Source: Mobula birostris
Taxonomy: Eukaryota
Direction of reading: 5' to 3'
Length of the DNA: 64,000 nucleotides
NCBI RefSeq assembly: GCF_030028105.1
Contig: NC_092370.1
Coordinates: 114,478,443 to 114,542,442 of the forward strand
Shown here: one piece after another, positions 1-13,358 of the stretch
Layout of the letters: each line of letters opens with the position of its first letter
Numbering within the stretch: the first letter of the stretch is position 1
Program-made: the position numbers and the translations under genes
Notes under the pieces: generated by a model
The model's input: the letters and a program-made list of their open reading frames with translations, nothing else
Told to the model about the DNA's origin: nothing
Databases searched by the model: none

Positions 1-300
1 TATTTCTCTAAATTCTCTCTTCAGGACCTCTTTGCTTTTGCTTCCTATTTCATTGGTGCCAATATGTACCTAGACGTCTGGCTGCTCTCCCTCCCCCTCC
101 AAAATGCCATGCACGCGATGCGAGTCGTCCCTGACACTGGTACCTGAGAAGTAACATACCATCCGGGTGACCCGTTCACGACCAGAGAATCTCCTGTGTG
201 TTCTTCTGACTACTGAGTCCCCTCTCACTACTGCTTCGCTCTTCTTCTTTTTCTTTCCCTTCAGCACCACGGATCCATGCTCAGTGCCAGTAATCTGGTC
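1..300 (-). mobile_element. CR1-type LINE ORF1 (SGNH esterase-like) fragment
   Basis: ORF 70-270 (VVRGDSVVRRTHRRFSGRERVTRMVCYF...GEQPDV) parallels ORF1 of the long CR1 at 16.6-16.9 kb (VVIGDSTVRGADRRFCGCDRESRMVCCL...GDQPDV). Confidence 0.85.
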
Positions 301-354
301 TCCGTTGCATTCCCCTGGGGACTGTCAGCATAGTCAGTACATGGGAGCGCCACG

Positions 355-1490
355 TGTCTCGAACTTGATTGATATTATTAAAGAAATGACTAAGAGTATT
401 AATAAGGGTGCGGTTTTGTCTACATGGACCTTAGCAAGACCTTGTAGAAGAATCCGCATGGCCGTCTGATCTGCAATGTAAGATTACACGGAATCCAGGG
501 TGAGTGAGCCGTAACGATACGGATTGCCTTGTAGTAGGATTTATTACAACAGAAGGATTTCAATATTGATTACAACAGTAGGATTTCTACTTTAATATCA
601 GATTTAGCCTTGTTCATTCCGTGGAATGCCGCCACAAACAATACACCTTCAGTCTCTTCGACAATTATTCTGGTTACGAGAATGTGAGGCAAATAAGTAC
701 AGAGTATTACCTTGGAAGAACAGCAAAGGAGTTCCTCGGGGATGCTGGGCCCACTATTATTCACTCGTCTGCAATAGAAAATTGAATCGGAATGCCATGG
801 CTAGTAAGCTTGCAGACTACCTCAAAATTGTAATCGGTCAGCTTAGAAAGCTGTGTAAGATTACAAGAAGATCTCGATCAACTCGGGAAATAGGCCAAGG
901 TATAGCAGATGGAATTTAACTCGGAGAGATCTGAAGTGTTGTATTTTGGTAACTTAAAGCAGGACAGGATTTACACAGTAAATGGACGTAAAGCAGAGGG
1001 ATCGAGGGGCACAAGCATATAGTTCCATGAAGTCGGAAACAGGGAAGGATAGGGTTGCGAAGTTTTCGTTTGCACGCAGTCTTTCACTAGTTAGTTCATT
1101 GATTACAAATGTAAGGATATCATGTTACTGTTGTACAAAATATTAGTAAAACCTCAACTGGAGTATGGTAACACACTCAAAAGGCTGGAGGAACTCAGCA
1201 GGCTAGGCAGCATCTATTGGAAAGAGTACACACTCGACGTTTTTGGGCGAGATCATCCTGATGGCTTTGAATTTCCAGCATTTGCAGATTTTCTCGTGTC
1301 TTGTAGTATGGTTATCATTTCTGGTCGGCTAGCTATAGGATGGATTCCGTTATGGTGCAGAGAAGATTCGCAAATGTTAACTGGACAGAAAGACTTTTGT
1401 TTAAGAGGAGTCTGGATAGACCTGGGATTTATCCCGAGAGGGTTAGAGGCTTTGGAAGAGATATAGAGGTGTATAAAATCAGGTGGGGCA
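355..1490 (+). mobile_element. Degenerate CR1 RT/3' fragments, interrupted by a Penelope-like terminal fragment (about 1160-1300, minus)
   Basis: Contains YMDxSK-like and LLLYKILVKPQLEY motifs shared with other CR1 copies in the window, plus the ctggaggaactcagcaggc terminal motif seen in several Penelope-like copies. Boundaries are approximate. Confidence 0.7.
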
Positions 1491-1937
1491 CACGTATAGC
1501 GAATGGTCACTATGAATGACGTTTCTGCGCTAGATAACTCTGTGAAAGGCGGGCAAGTAGGATAAATGCAGGAGGGAAAATCGCCCGAAAAACCTCTTTA
1601 CGTATTATATAACTCCATAGCCCTAGATCAGAACAGGAATAATTGGATTGGTGTTTTAGTTCATTGAAATCACGCGACCAGGTTTTATGTGAGCGTCAGT
1701 AGGTACTTAGGCTCTTGGCTCGTATTCATTCATGAAATTTGGATCCACATTAATTCTCTATCGTACATTTATCGAAACAGCTTGTTCAACGAAGCTGTAA
1801 GGTAAAATGCAAATTTCACCGTGGTTAAAAACAACGAAGAGAATTCGTTAAACGCAGGTGTTCGTGGAGATCGTGAGGCACAACACCTGCTAATTGGTTT
1901 GCAATCAGTGAACTCGTTATGCACAAGGTACCCGTTG

Positions 1938-1976
1938 GGTTTATGTACTGGGTTCCCTTCGCATTTCGTCACTGTG
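1938..1976 (-). other. Recombination signal sequence (23-RSS) of V1
   Basis: Minus strand reads CACAGTG (1976-1970), a 23-nt spacer, then ACATAAACC (1946-1938), directly after the V exon. Confidence 0.95.
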
Positions 1977-2421
1977 TAGCCAGTAAGCGCAGTAGTAGGT
2001 GCCGGAATCATCCTCGCGGGCATTCATCAAGAGCAGGATGCACGATTGAGTCTCAGGTACTTTGCTCGCAATTAATCGTTCGTCAGACACATCCCTCTGA
2101 GTGTCCGATGAATTCTTAAAATACAATAGCCGCTGGAGGCCTTGACCCGGCCTCTGCCTGTACCAATGTATAACAGCTTCCGCAAAGTCGGTTTGTTGAA
2201 TATCACAGTGAAAGTGCACAGGTTTTGTCGGAGACCTGGTGATCGATAATTGAGCCTGTGTCAATATCTGAAGCTCCACTTTACCTGTGGGAGAAAATAA
2301 TACAACGTGTTTGAATTATTCCACAGTGTGGCGATGAAGAGCAAAGGAGAACAGGGATTAAAATGCAGAAACACTGACCGAGAAAGCAGGTCAATAAAAT
2401 GACGGTCAGCAACACCTTCAT
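1977..2421 (-). CDS. TRGV: TCR gamma V segment V1 (leader exon 2421-2379, intron 94 nt, V exon 2284-1977), apparently functional
   Basis: Leader MKVLLTVILLTCFL with a phase-1 GTCAGT donor and CAG acceptor. The V domain has C23 (FHC), W41 (IHWYRQRPG), R75, D98 and YYCAYW, followed by a 23-RSS, with no stops. The YYCAxW ending is typical of TRGV. Confidence 0.9.
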
Positions 2422-2521
2422 ACTGGGGAGATAGAGCGTCTCGTTGATCCAGCTGACTGAGTTCCCGCCAACAGGGTCACTCCTTCTCGAAGCCGCAAAC
2501 TGCGGATTCCTTTTGGCGCGA

Positions 2522-2693
2522 TGACGTCACGACCTGTCCTTTACTATTCAGACTCGGCGCTGAATTTCAATCCGGATCTCACCCCCCCCCCACGTGGCCC
2601 AGAAACCCAACCCAGCCGCTGTGCGCAAGAAGTCGAGTGTGACCCCGAGGTGAATTCTTGTCCACGCACACCAGGCGTCCCTGCCTGATGTCA
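2522..2693 (-). promoter_or_regulatory. V1 promoter with two CRE/TCR-decamer-like elements
   Basis: TGACGTCA at 2522-2529 and TGATGTCA at 2686-2693 (minus strand GTGACGTCA and GGTGACATCA), 100-270 nt upstream of the ATG in CpG-rich sequence. They resemble the CRE-type decamer of TCR V promoters. Confidence 0.6.
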
Positions 2694-3105
2694 CCCGTCG
2701 CTGCAGCTTTCCGTTATGCCTCGGTGAGATCCACACTCAATTCCTCAGTTAGACTGCTCGCGGCAAACTTTCGCGCTCCCTTATCTATAATTAGTCTCCC
2801 TCTGCCTTCAAATTAAACAAAGACCCTGCTTACTCGAGAGCTTCCAGGAGTCACAGACGTTCGAGAGAAACCCCTCTCTTCATCTCTCTCGTTAATGGAC
2901 AACAACCATTCAACACTGACTCCCATTCTAGGCTCTGGCACGAATGGAAACATCCTCTACACGCCTCAATGTCAACGTTGATCAGCGAACAGTGCGCTTT
3001 AATTAAGAACCCTCTTAATATTAAAACATCCAGTGGATGTGAATCTCGCCTGTCCATCCTTTTTCCCCTAGTTCCAATGTACCTTCTCTGAACTGCTTCT
3101 AAATA

Positions 3106-3240
3106 ATTGAATTGAATTGACTTTATTTCTTACATCCTTTAGATACATGAGGAGTAAAAATCTTTACGTTACGTCTAAGTCTAAATGTGTAATATGCAAT
3201 CATAGTAATTTATAATAAATAGAACAGCCAATGTATTCAC
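3106..3240 (-). mobile_element. Short LINE 3' end (Rex1-type) with (ATTGA)n tail
   Basis: attgaattgaattgactttat...catccttt...atacatgaggagtaaaaatctt recurs at 63722-63890, where it continues into Rex1-like 3' sequence. Confidence 0.6.
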
Positions 3241-3521
3241 ATCCTTAAATAACTGGACCAATGCTGGACACGATATTCCAGGTGTGGTTCCATACACAGA
3301 GCATAACTTCGCTAACTTTGCTGTAAACTATCTCCCGTCAGCTGTTCTGAAGACCTGCCGCACCTGTGTTTTCTGCACCACGTGCCGCTACCCGCTTCAG
3401 CACTGGATCCCTGAAATGAATTACATTCCTTTTGTTTAGTGGGAACGCTGCCTCCATCTCCGGTCAATGACACGAAGTTTCCTTTCCCTAGTGAAACAGT
3501 CGAGCATTAGGAGAGACTGGG

Positions 3522-3560
3522 GGTTTTTGTATCGCCCTTCTGCCGCCGCTTCACACTGTG
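3522..3560 (-). other. Consensus 23-RSS of V2
   Basis: CACAGTG (3560-3554), a 23-nt spacer, then ACAAAAACC (3530-3522); a perfect consensus. Confidence 0.97.
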
Positions 3561-3973
3561 CCGACCCAGCGGGCACAGTAATAGATGGCGGCATCTGTCA
3601 GGGCAATGTTGTCAATCACAAGAGAGAAGAAAGGGTCACTGCCCTCGGCTGAGAACTTGGCGGACACTACCGGATCCTGCTCGGTTCGACCTTTGCTAAA
3701 GCGCAGGATCCTTCTGGGTGCCTGGTTGGCGAGTTGCTGGTACCAGTGGATGTCATCGAGTGCCCTTACCTCGCACAGTATCTTCACCGTCGTCGTCTCG
3801 GGCCTCGTGATTGAAATGTGAGGCATCTTCAATTCCTGGGCCAGATATACAGCTGCAAATAAAATACACTGAAGCAACGCTGTCTTGAAGGGGAAAGCTG
3901 GAGCGGTGGTGGACATACTTGTGAGAGAAAGCGCCAGGGTGGTAAGCAGTGAACAGATAATGCAGCGGTGAAT
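3561..3973 (-). CDS. TRGV: TCR gamma V segment V2 (leader exon 3973-3919 starting ATT, not ATG; intron 66 nt; V exon 3852-3561)
   Basis: The V domain is intact: KILC, IHWYQQ, K75, D98, YYCARW. The leader-like peptide (I)HRCIICSLLTTLALSLT has a GTATGT donor and CAG acceptor, but no in-frame ATG occurs upstream of the donor. Confidence 0.85.
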
Positions 3974-4227
3974 TTCCGGGGGGGGACTGGCTCTTGTCGT
4001 GGCCTCGTTAGATGTAATCAGCAAGTGCCCGGATATAGACTGGTTGTCCCAGCCGCGCGGTGTGTCCTTCACCTTCACCTTTATTTACGCTTTTACTCGT
4101 GGATCCTTTTCCCTGGAGAGAGCAGTGAACAGCAATGGTTTCTGTCACCAGTTTGCGAGTGTAGAACTTTGGAATACATAAGGCGTCGCTTTAAAGATTA
4201 CACAACCTCTGTCTCTCAAGTTCCCAT

Positions 4228-5069
4228 TGTTACGTACCCCGTAACTGGTTGTCAAACCAGCAGAAATGGAACACTCGTTGGAGTCTCTGATTACTAGAAA
4301 CTACTGAAGTTTTATTAACAAAGATAAGTAATACAGTACACTAACCGCAAGGATATAAATGTAACAGGTTAGCAATGATAGTACACACATATACAGAGAA
4401 ATAGGGTAATAGGAATCAACCAAGCTCTATCGCAGTCTAGGGGTAAAATGATCAGTCTTAAGGTGAAGCAGAGTTCAGTTCAGTCTAGGGTAGTTCGAAG
4501 TAATCGCTGTTGTTGTACCGTTGGAGAGAGAGCGAGAGAGAGAGTGAGAGATACAGCTGGTTTCAGGCAAACCTTTCGATGCCTTCTGATCCCGCTGTGG
4601 TCACCGACTGTGACCCCTCCGTTCCGGATGCGACCGTTCTTCCGTGGTGAACCCGGCACCCAGGCAAGGGCGGACACACAACAGGACCCCACCGGTCGTA
4701 CCTTTACAACCTTGACCATTCCCGCGAATCGGTCCTCCAACTCCCACCAACTTGTGGGGCACAATGCTCTTTCCAGGGTCTCGTGGCGTGTGTCCTGTGC
4801 CTTAGCAAACCCACTATTTTTATCCCCCCTGATGGGGTATCACCTGTCCATCAAACTTCACACTTCCTATTGTCTCAGCAGGATTGTTAATGAACAGCTC
4901 AGGTTCAAAGCAAATTGTCTGTGGCAGACGCCAACATCTGAATTATGTCTCCCTCTCGTTATTTCTCTCTTCTCTCTTATTAGCATTTTGAATGGCTCTC
5001 CGTTGTCTCTCGTTATCTCTCTCATTAACATCATCCGTTCTGCAGCTCTGCTTGGCTTCACACATGACA
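4228..5069 (-). mobile_element. Solo LTR (842 bp)
   Basis: TGT...ACA termini with a 4-bp TSD CCAT (4224-4227 and 5070-5073). AATAAA and a TATA-like motif lie on the minus strand. Confidence 0.85.
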
Positions 5070-5545
5070 CCATCCACAAGGATACAGAATGCACCAGGAG
5101 AGAGATAAATTTAGCCTTTAACCGGTTCTTCACTTGCCTTCCTGGCCTTGTTCTACCTCCGGCACTCCTCTCGTATTATCCTGTCACTAATTTTCTCCCT
5201 CATTAGTGCCGATTATTCAAAATCTGAAATCTCTGGAGCGAAGGATACGTGATGCTTGACTCGCTGAGTGATTACAGCCATCTCGCTAAGGATGCTGAAG
5301 GTTCAAACCGCACGCCACAGAGGTGAGAACATAAAAGGAGGAGAAATCGAAGCAGATGGGACTATCTTTGCTCACATTCCTGGTTGATAAATATCATGTT
5401 TGACCTTCAAGTCTGGCGCAGTTTTCCCGTCTATCGATTCCCCTAATCTTCAAATAAATTTATTTACCCAGCATAGAGTCATAGACTAGTTGAATTCACA
5501 GCACCGAAACGGGCCCCTCTGCACAACTCGTCCACACTGACCGGC

Positions 5546-7572
5546 CCAGTTTTGCATCCTATCAATGTCCCGCTGTAACCTCTGACAGCCCTCCACACTA
5601 TCCACGGCACCCCCACCTTTTGTGTCATCAGCAAATTTACTAACCCATCCCTCTACTTCCTCATCCAAGTCATTTATAAAAATCACGAAGAGTAAGGGTC
5701 CCAGAACAGATCCCTGAGGCACATCGCTGGTCACCAAACTCCATGCAGAATATGACCTGTCTACAACTACTCTTTGCCTTCTGTGGGCAAACCAGTTCTG
5801 GATCCGCAAAGCAATGTCTCCCTGGATCCCATGCCTCCTTACTTTCTCAATAAGCCTTGCATGGGGTACCTTATCAAATGCCTTGCTGAAATCCATATAC
5901 ACTACATCTACTACTCTACCCTCATCAAGCTGCTCTTGACAAAGCCATGCTGACTATTCCTAATCATAGTATACCTCTCCAAATGTTCATAAATCCTGCC
6001 TCTCAGGGTCTTTTCCATCAACTTACCAACCACTGAAGTAAGAATCACTGATCTATAATTTGCTGGGCTATCTCTACTCCCTTTCTTGAATAAGGGAACA
6101 ACATCCAAAACCCTCCAATCCTCTGGAACCTCTCCCATCCCCACTGATGATGCAAAGATCATCGCCAGAGGCTCAGCAATCTCCTCCCTCTCCTCCCACA
6201 GTAGCCTGGGGTACATCCCGTCCAGACCCAGTGACTTATCCAACTTGTGCTTTCCAAAAGCTCTAGCATATCCTCTTTCTAAATATCTATATGCTCAAGT
6301 TTTTCAGTCTGCTGTAAGTCATCCCTACAATCGCCAAGATCCTTTTCCGTAGTGAATACTGAAGCAAAGTATTCATTAAGTACCTCTGCTATCTCCTCTG
6401 GTTCCATACACACTTTTTCACTGTCACATTTGATTGGTCCTATTCTCTCACATCTTATCCTCTTGCTCTTCAAGTACTTGTAGAATGCCTTGGGGTTTTC
6501 CTTAATCCTGTCTGCCAAGGCCTTCTCATGGCCATTTCTGGCTCTCCTAATTTCAATCTTAAACTCTTTCCGGCTAGCCTTATAATCTTCAAGATCTCTA
6601 TCATTACCTAGTTTTTTGACACTTTCGTAAGCTTTTCTTTTCTTCTTGACTAGAATTATAGCAGCCTTTGTACACCACGGTTCCTGGTCACTACCATTCT
6701 TTCCCCGTCTCATTGGAATGTACCTATGCAAAACTCCTCACAAGTGTCCCCTGAACATTTGCCACATTTCTGCCATACATTTCCCTGAGAACATGTTCTC
6801 AATTTATGCTTCCAAGTTCATTCAGTGCATTGGCTTTCATCAATCATGGGATTGAGTTTAAGAGCCAAGAGGTAATGCTGCAGCTATATAGAACCCTGGT
6901 CAGACACCACTTGGAATACTGTGCTCAATTCTGTTCACCTCACTGCAGGAAGGACGTGAAAACCATAGAAAAGGTGCAGAGGAGATTTACAAGGATGTTG
7001 CTTAGATTGGGGAGCATACCTTATGAGAATAGGTTGAGTGAACTCAGCCTTTTCTCCTTGGAGTGACGGAGGATGAGAGGTGACCTGACAGAGGTGTACA
7101 AGATAATGAGAGGCATTGATCGTGTGGATAGTCAGAGGCTTTTCCCCAGGGCTGAAATAGCTAGCACGAGACAGCATAGTTTTAAGGCGCTTGGAAGCAG
7201 GTACAGAGGAGATGTCAGGGGTAAGTTTTTTATGCAGAGAGTGGTGAGTGCATGGAATGGGCTGCCGGCAACGGTGATGGAGGCGAATACAATAGGGTCT
7301 TTTAAGAGACTTTTAGATAGGTACATGGAGCTAGGTAAAATAGAGGGCTATAGGTAAGCCTAGTAATTTCTAAGGTAGCGACATTTTCAGCACAACTCTG
7401 TGGGGGGAAACAATAGGGTCCTTTAAGAGACTCCTGAATGGCTACATGGAACTTAGAAAAATAGAGAGCTATGGGTAAAGCCTAGGTAGTTCTAAGGTAG
7501 GGACATGTTTGGCACAGCTTTGCGGGCCGAATGGCAGGTATTGTGCTGTGTGTTTTCTATGTTTCTATGTTT
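5546..7572. mobile_element. CR1 LINE with inverted 5' part (5546-6805 minus) and 3' part (6806-7572 plus, duplicated 3' UTR end)
   Basis: Minus ORFs carry DKSLGLDG, YMDFSKAFDKVPH, PQGSVLGP and FADD. Plus ORFs carry the ORF2 C-terminus and the TTCTATGT tail. Confidence 0.85.
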
Positions 7573-7664
7573 CCTGCCTGATAGCCTCATACTTCCCCTT
7601 ATTCCACTTAAATGCTTTCCTAACTTGTCTGTTCCTATACCTCTCCAATGCTATGATCTACATT

Positions 7665-8040
7665 GTCATAGTCATAGTCATATTCATACTTTATTGATCC
7701 CGGGGGAAATTGGTTTTCGTTACAGTTGCACCATAAATAATAGATAGTAATAAAACCATAAATAGTTAAATAGTAATATGTAAATTATGCCAGTAAATTA
7801 TGAAATAAGTCCAGGACCAGCCTATTGGCTCAGGGTGTCTGACTCTCCAAGGGAGGAGTTGTAAAGTTTGATGGCTCAGGCTGGAATGACTTCCTATGAT
7901 GCTCTGTGTTGCATCTCGGTGGAATGAGTCTCTGGCTGAATGTACTCCTGTGCCCACCCAGTACATTATGTAGTGGATGGGAGACATTGTCCAAGATGGC
8001 ATGCAACTTAGACAGCATCCTCTTTTCAGACACCACTGTG
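7665..8040 (-). mobile_element. Rex1/Babar-type LINE 3' fragment
   Basis: Peptide HPLHNVLGGHRSTFSQRLIPPRC and a (CATAGT)n tail on the plus strand. Confidence 0.7.
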
Positions 8041-8596
8041 TTGTAGATCCTGTTGTAATCTCAAAGAGCCTCCTTCGCTGTCCATCTTACCATGCGGAAC
8101 TTTGTTAAAGCTTGCTAAAATTAATGTTGTCAATATTTACCACCCTGCTTTCGTTGATCCTTTTGGTTACCTCTCCAAAAATATTAATTTCTTGACATGA
8201 TTTCCCACCCACAATATCAAGCTGATTATTCTTGATGAGGCATTTCAATCCCAATTGCTGGCTTATCTCATATCTTCTTGTAAATTTCCCGGCTCTGATT
8301 TTGGCTCACCTCCCTGTAATTCTCTAGTTTGTTCTTACACCACTTCTCAAACCAACACAACAATAACCCCGTTATACTCTTCTGTTACCTCACCTGTAGC
8401 TAACAGTTATAGAAATATCTCTACCTTAGGAATGTATCCACCTTGATGTATTTTAAGACTGTCAGTACCTTTCCTTTTTCAATGTGGATATATTTCAAGA
8501 CATCATATTCTCTACTGTGAACTTAGTCTCCTGATCTTCTCTACAGTAATTACAGATAAGAAATATTCAGTTAAGATCCCGCCTTATCTCCTGTGA

Positions 8597-9140
8597 ACAT
8601 AGAACATAGAAATCTACGGCACATTACAGGCCTTGTGGTCCACAATGTTGTGCTGACCATGTAACCTACCATAGAAACTGCCTAGAATTACCCTACCGCA
8701 TAGCCCTCTATTTTTCTGAGCTCCACATACCTATCCAAGAGTCTCTTAAAAGATCCTATCAATTCCACCTCCACCACTGTCGCCGGCATTGCATTCCACA
8801 CACCCACCACACTCGGTGTGGAAAACTTACCCCTGACATTCCCTCTGTGCCTACATCCAAGCACCTTAAAATTATGCTCCCTTGTGTTAGCATCTTCAGC
8901 CCTGGGAAAAAGCCTCTGGCTATCCACACGATCAATGCCTCTCATCATCTTATACACTTCTGTCAGGTCACCTCTCATCCTCCATCGCTCCAAGGAGAAA
9001 AGGGCAAATTCACTTAACCTCTTCTCATAAGGCACGCTCTCCAGTCCGGGCAACATCCTCGTAAATCTTCTCTGCACTCTTTCTATAGCATCCACATCCT
9101 TCTTGTAGTGAGATGACCAGAACTGAACACAGAACCAAAT
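8597..9140 (-). mobile_element. 5'-truncated CR1 3' fragment
   Basis: ORF 8688-9095 is a CR1 ORF2 C-terminus with a catagaacatagaa tail. It is absent from the paralogous site near 21560. Confidence 0.9.
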
Positions 9141-9338
9141 GGGGTCTGACCACTCCCCACATCCTCAAAGAATTCAATGAATTCAATCAGACACAATTCT
9201 GACTCCACAATTGTCTTGGTTACTTTTCTGGCTCTTGATATACTTATACTTATAGAATATCTTAGTATTCCCCTTTGCCTTATCTGCCAAAATGATCTAA
9301 TGTATTTGTCCTCCTGATTTTCCTCAAATGTACTCCTA

Positions 9339-10806
<1,468 letters not shown>

Positions 10807-11455
10807 TATATCTGTTTACGGCTCATGGAATTCACTTGACCCCAGCTGACGATACTTGACATCTGCCTCCTTTATCCTGAAGAAATACTCAATATCCCTC
10901 ATTGACTAGGGTTGCCTATTCCTGCCAGCCTTGGCCTTCAATCTAACAAGGTATATTTAAAGCAACGGTTGATAGCCTCTTAGTTACATCAAAGATTACG
11001 GGGAGAAGTCAGGAAGTGGCATTGAGAGGGGTAATAAATCAACCACTATGGATTGGGCACAGCCTCGATGGGTCAAATGGCATGATCCTGTACTTATGTC
11101 TTATGGTCTTATGTTATCCTTGAGCTCTTCCTATCCACATTTCAGATGCCTGCCACTGCCCATACCGACAAAACAGCTTCTCTGAATCAACTTTTGCAGA
11201 ATCCTGTCTAAAGCTTTCAGAATTAGCCTTTCACCATTCTAGGAATTTAACTTGGTGGCCAGTCTTAGCTTTTACTAAACTCATATAAAAACTGATAGTC
11301 AGTGATCGCCATGTTCCACACCACCACCCCCACACCCCACAACATCACTTATTCTGCCCAATTTTTCAACAGAACATCAAGTGTTTCCCTCTCACTTTTT
11401 TTTGAGATATAGTATGCAACAGGCCCTTCTGGCACTTCAAGCAATCCCCTATTTA

Positions 11456-11874
11456 GACCATAAGACCATAAGACAAAGGAGCAGAAGTCGGCCATTCGGC
11501 CCATCGAGTCTCTTCATGAGAGTTTTATCATGAGCTGATCCATTCTCCCATTTAGTCCCACTCCCCCGCCTTCTCACCATAACCTTTGATGCCCTGGCTA
11601 CTCAGATACCTATCAATCTCTGCCTTAAATACACCCAATGACTTGGCCTCCACTGCTGCCCGTGGCAACAAATTCCATAGATTCACCACCTTCTGACTAA
11701 AAAAATTTCTTCGCGTTTCTGGTCTGAATGGGCGCCCATCAATCCTTAAGTCATGCCCTCTCACACTAGACTCCTCCATCATGGGAAACAACTTTGCCAC
11801 ATCCACTCTGTCCATGCCTTTCAACATTCAAAATGTTCCTATGAGGTCTCCGCTCATTCTTCTAAACTCCGAGG
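11456..11874 (-). mobile_element. 5'-truncated CR1 3' fragment
   Basis: ORF 11552-11827 is a CR1 C-terminus with a (GACCATAA)n tail and an ATTTA TSD. The empty site is present near 22335. Confidence 0.9.
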
Positions 11875-11879
11875 ATTTA

Positions 11880-12055
11880 ATCCTATGTTAATCATGGGAC
11901 AATTTAAAATGACCAAGTAACCTACCAGTGGGTTCATTTTGGACTGTGGGAGGAAACCGGAGCAGCCGGAGGAATGGGAGGAAGTACAAACTCCTTACAG
12001 GCAGTGGCAGGAATTGAACTCAGTGCTAACTACTACACTACCATACCGCCCCACC
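11880..12055 (-). mobile_element. tRNA-derived SINE (HE1/V-SINE-like)
   Basis: Minus strand has box A-like GTAGTGTAGTAGTTAGCA, box B-like GAGTTCAATTC, and the tttgtac...ctccggtttcctcccacagtcc central motif. A paralogous copy lies at 22330-22510. Confidence 0.7.
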
Positions 12056-12969
12056 CTTTGGTGATGCAATCTACATGTTATTTGAGAAAAACGTCCTAGA
12101 CCCATTTGCCCACGGCATAACATAAATGATATGTGAATCGGAAAAGTAGCTACAGCCGCCTTAATCTTTCTTGATGGTAGACCGTAACTTGGACAGGTGC
12201 TGTCAGATAAGTAATTGCAGGGCAATTAGCAGCCTGGATGCTTACAAATATTCAGTGTAGCTGGTCACAAGAACGAATTTTCTGGGCAGTTGGTTGTTCT
12301 TAATGAAAGGAGCAGCGTTGTTTTGGATAGCGTTCAGCTTCTTTAATGTTCTTTGAGACAAATTCATGCACCTAAATGGTTCGACATAACACCCCTAATT
12401 TGATTTACAGATAATGGGAAGGCTTTGAAATATCAGAAAGTGTGTTTGCCCCAGGATACCAGCCGTATTCAAAGTTAAAAGTTCAGAGTAAAATGTATTA
12501 TCAAAATGCATACACGTCACCATATAGAGCACTGATATTCTTTTTCTGCGGGCATACTTGTCGTCCCAGTGTTTGTGTGGCTGGTCCGGTTGTATTTCTG
12601 GTCATTGAATATCAAGGTTGTTAATTGGAAACACTTGTTGGGCATTTTCATTACCTGTACACTTGTGACAAAGTTGTAAGTTTATTGGTGACGTAACTGA
12701 AAATGTACAGGTCTGGGAAAAGACTTCAAACCTCCCTCCTTTTTCCGAGTTATTACTCCAGTCCTTGGAGTGAACCCCACTTAATGCCCATTGCCTTCAG
12801 TTTTTCTCAGGGTTCCTGAGACTACAGTAAACCAAATACTGTCCTGTTATCAAAAGCAGTCACTCTCACCTCATCCCTAGAGTACAGTTCTTTGGTCCCT
12901 GTTTTGTGTTGTAAATAGCCAGACTGGATTTTCCCGGCTTTATATGAACAGGATATCACTAGGCAATTA

Positions 12970-13270
12970 TATTTATTTATTTAGTGATACAGTGCAGATT
13001 ATACCCGACCGGTCCTTCCCGTCATGCCGCCCCGGCGACCCAGGACAACCTCGATGAAACCTAACCTAATCGCAAACAATTTACTATGATCAGTTAACCT
13101 ACTCTGTTCGTCTTTGGACAGAGAGAGGAAACCGGAGCTCCCGGAGAAAACTCATGCATTCCAGGGGAGGAACTACAGAGACACCTTGCGTACTGCGCCA
13201 GAATTCAACTCCAAACTCTGAACCGCTGAGTTGCAATAGCGTCGTGCTAACCGCTACGTTCTCGTGGCAC
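12970..13270 (-). mobile_element. tRNA-derived SINE (HE1/V-SINE-like)
   Basis: cgtagcggttagcacgacg head, gagttgaattc box B-like motif, and the ctccggtttcctc central motif. Confidence 0.65.
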
Positions 13271-13358
13271 ATATTTTTCCTCCTAATGGGTGAATGCTGT
13301 AACTGTATGAAAGCAGTTCGACTAAATACAAAGCTGGTTCAGTCAAGATATTGACTTA

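Noticed and set aside
1-1937. TRG J or C segments
   Set aside because: I found no FGxG J motif with a 12-RSS and no C-domain exon here or elsewhere in the window.
2322-2328. CACAGTG in the V1 intron
   Set aside because: No nonamer at 12- or 23-nt spacing.
4448-5206. 252-aa plus-strand ORF
   Set aside because: It lies almost wholly within a solo LTR and has no domain-like features.
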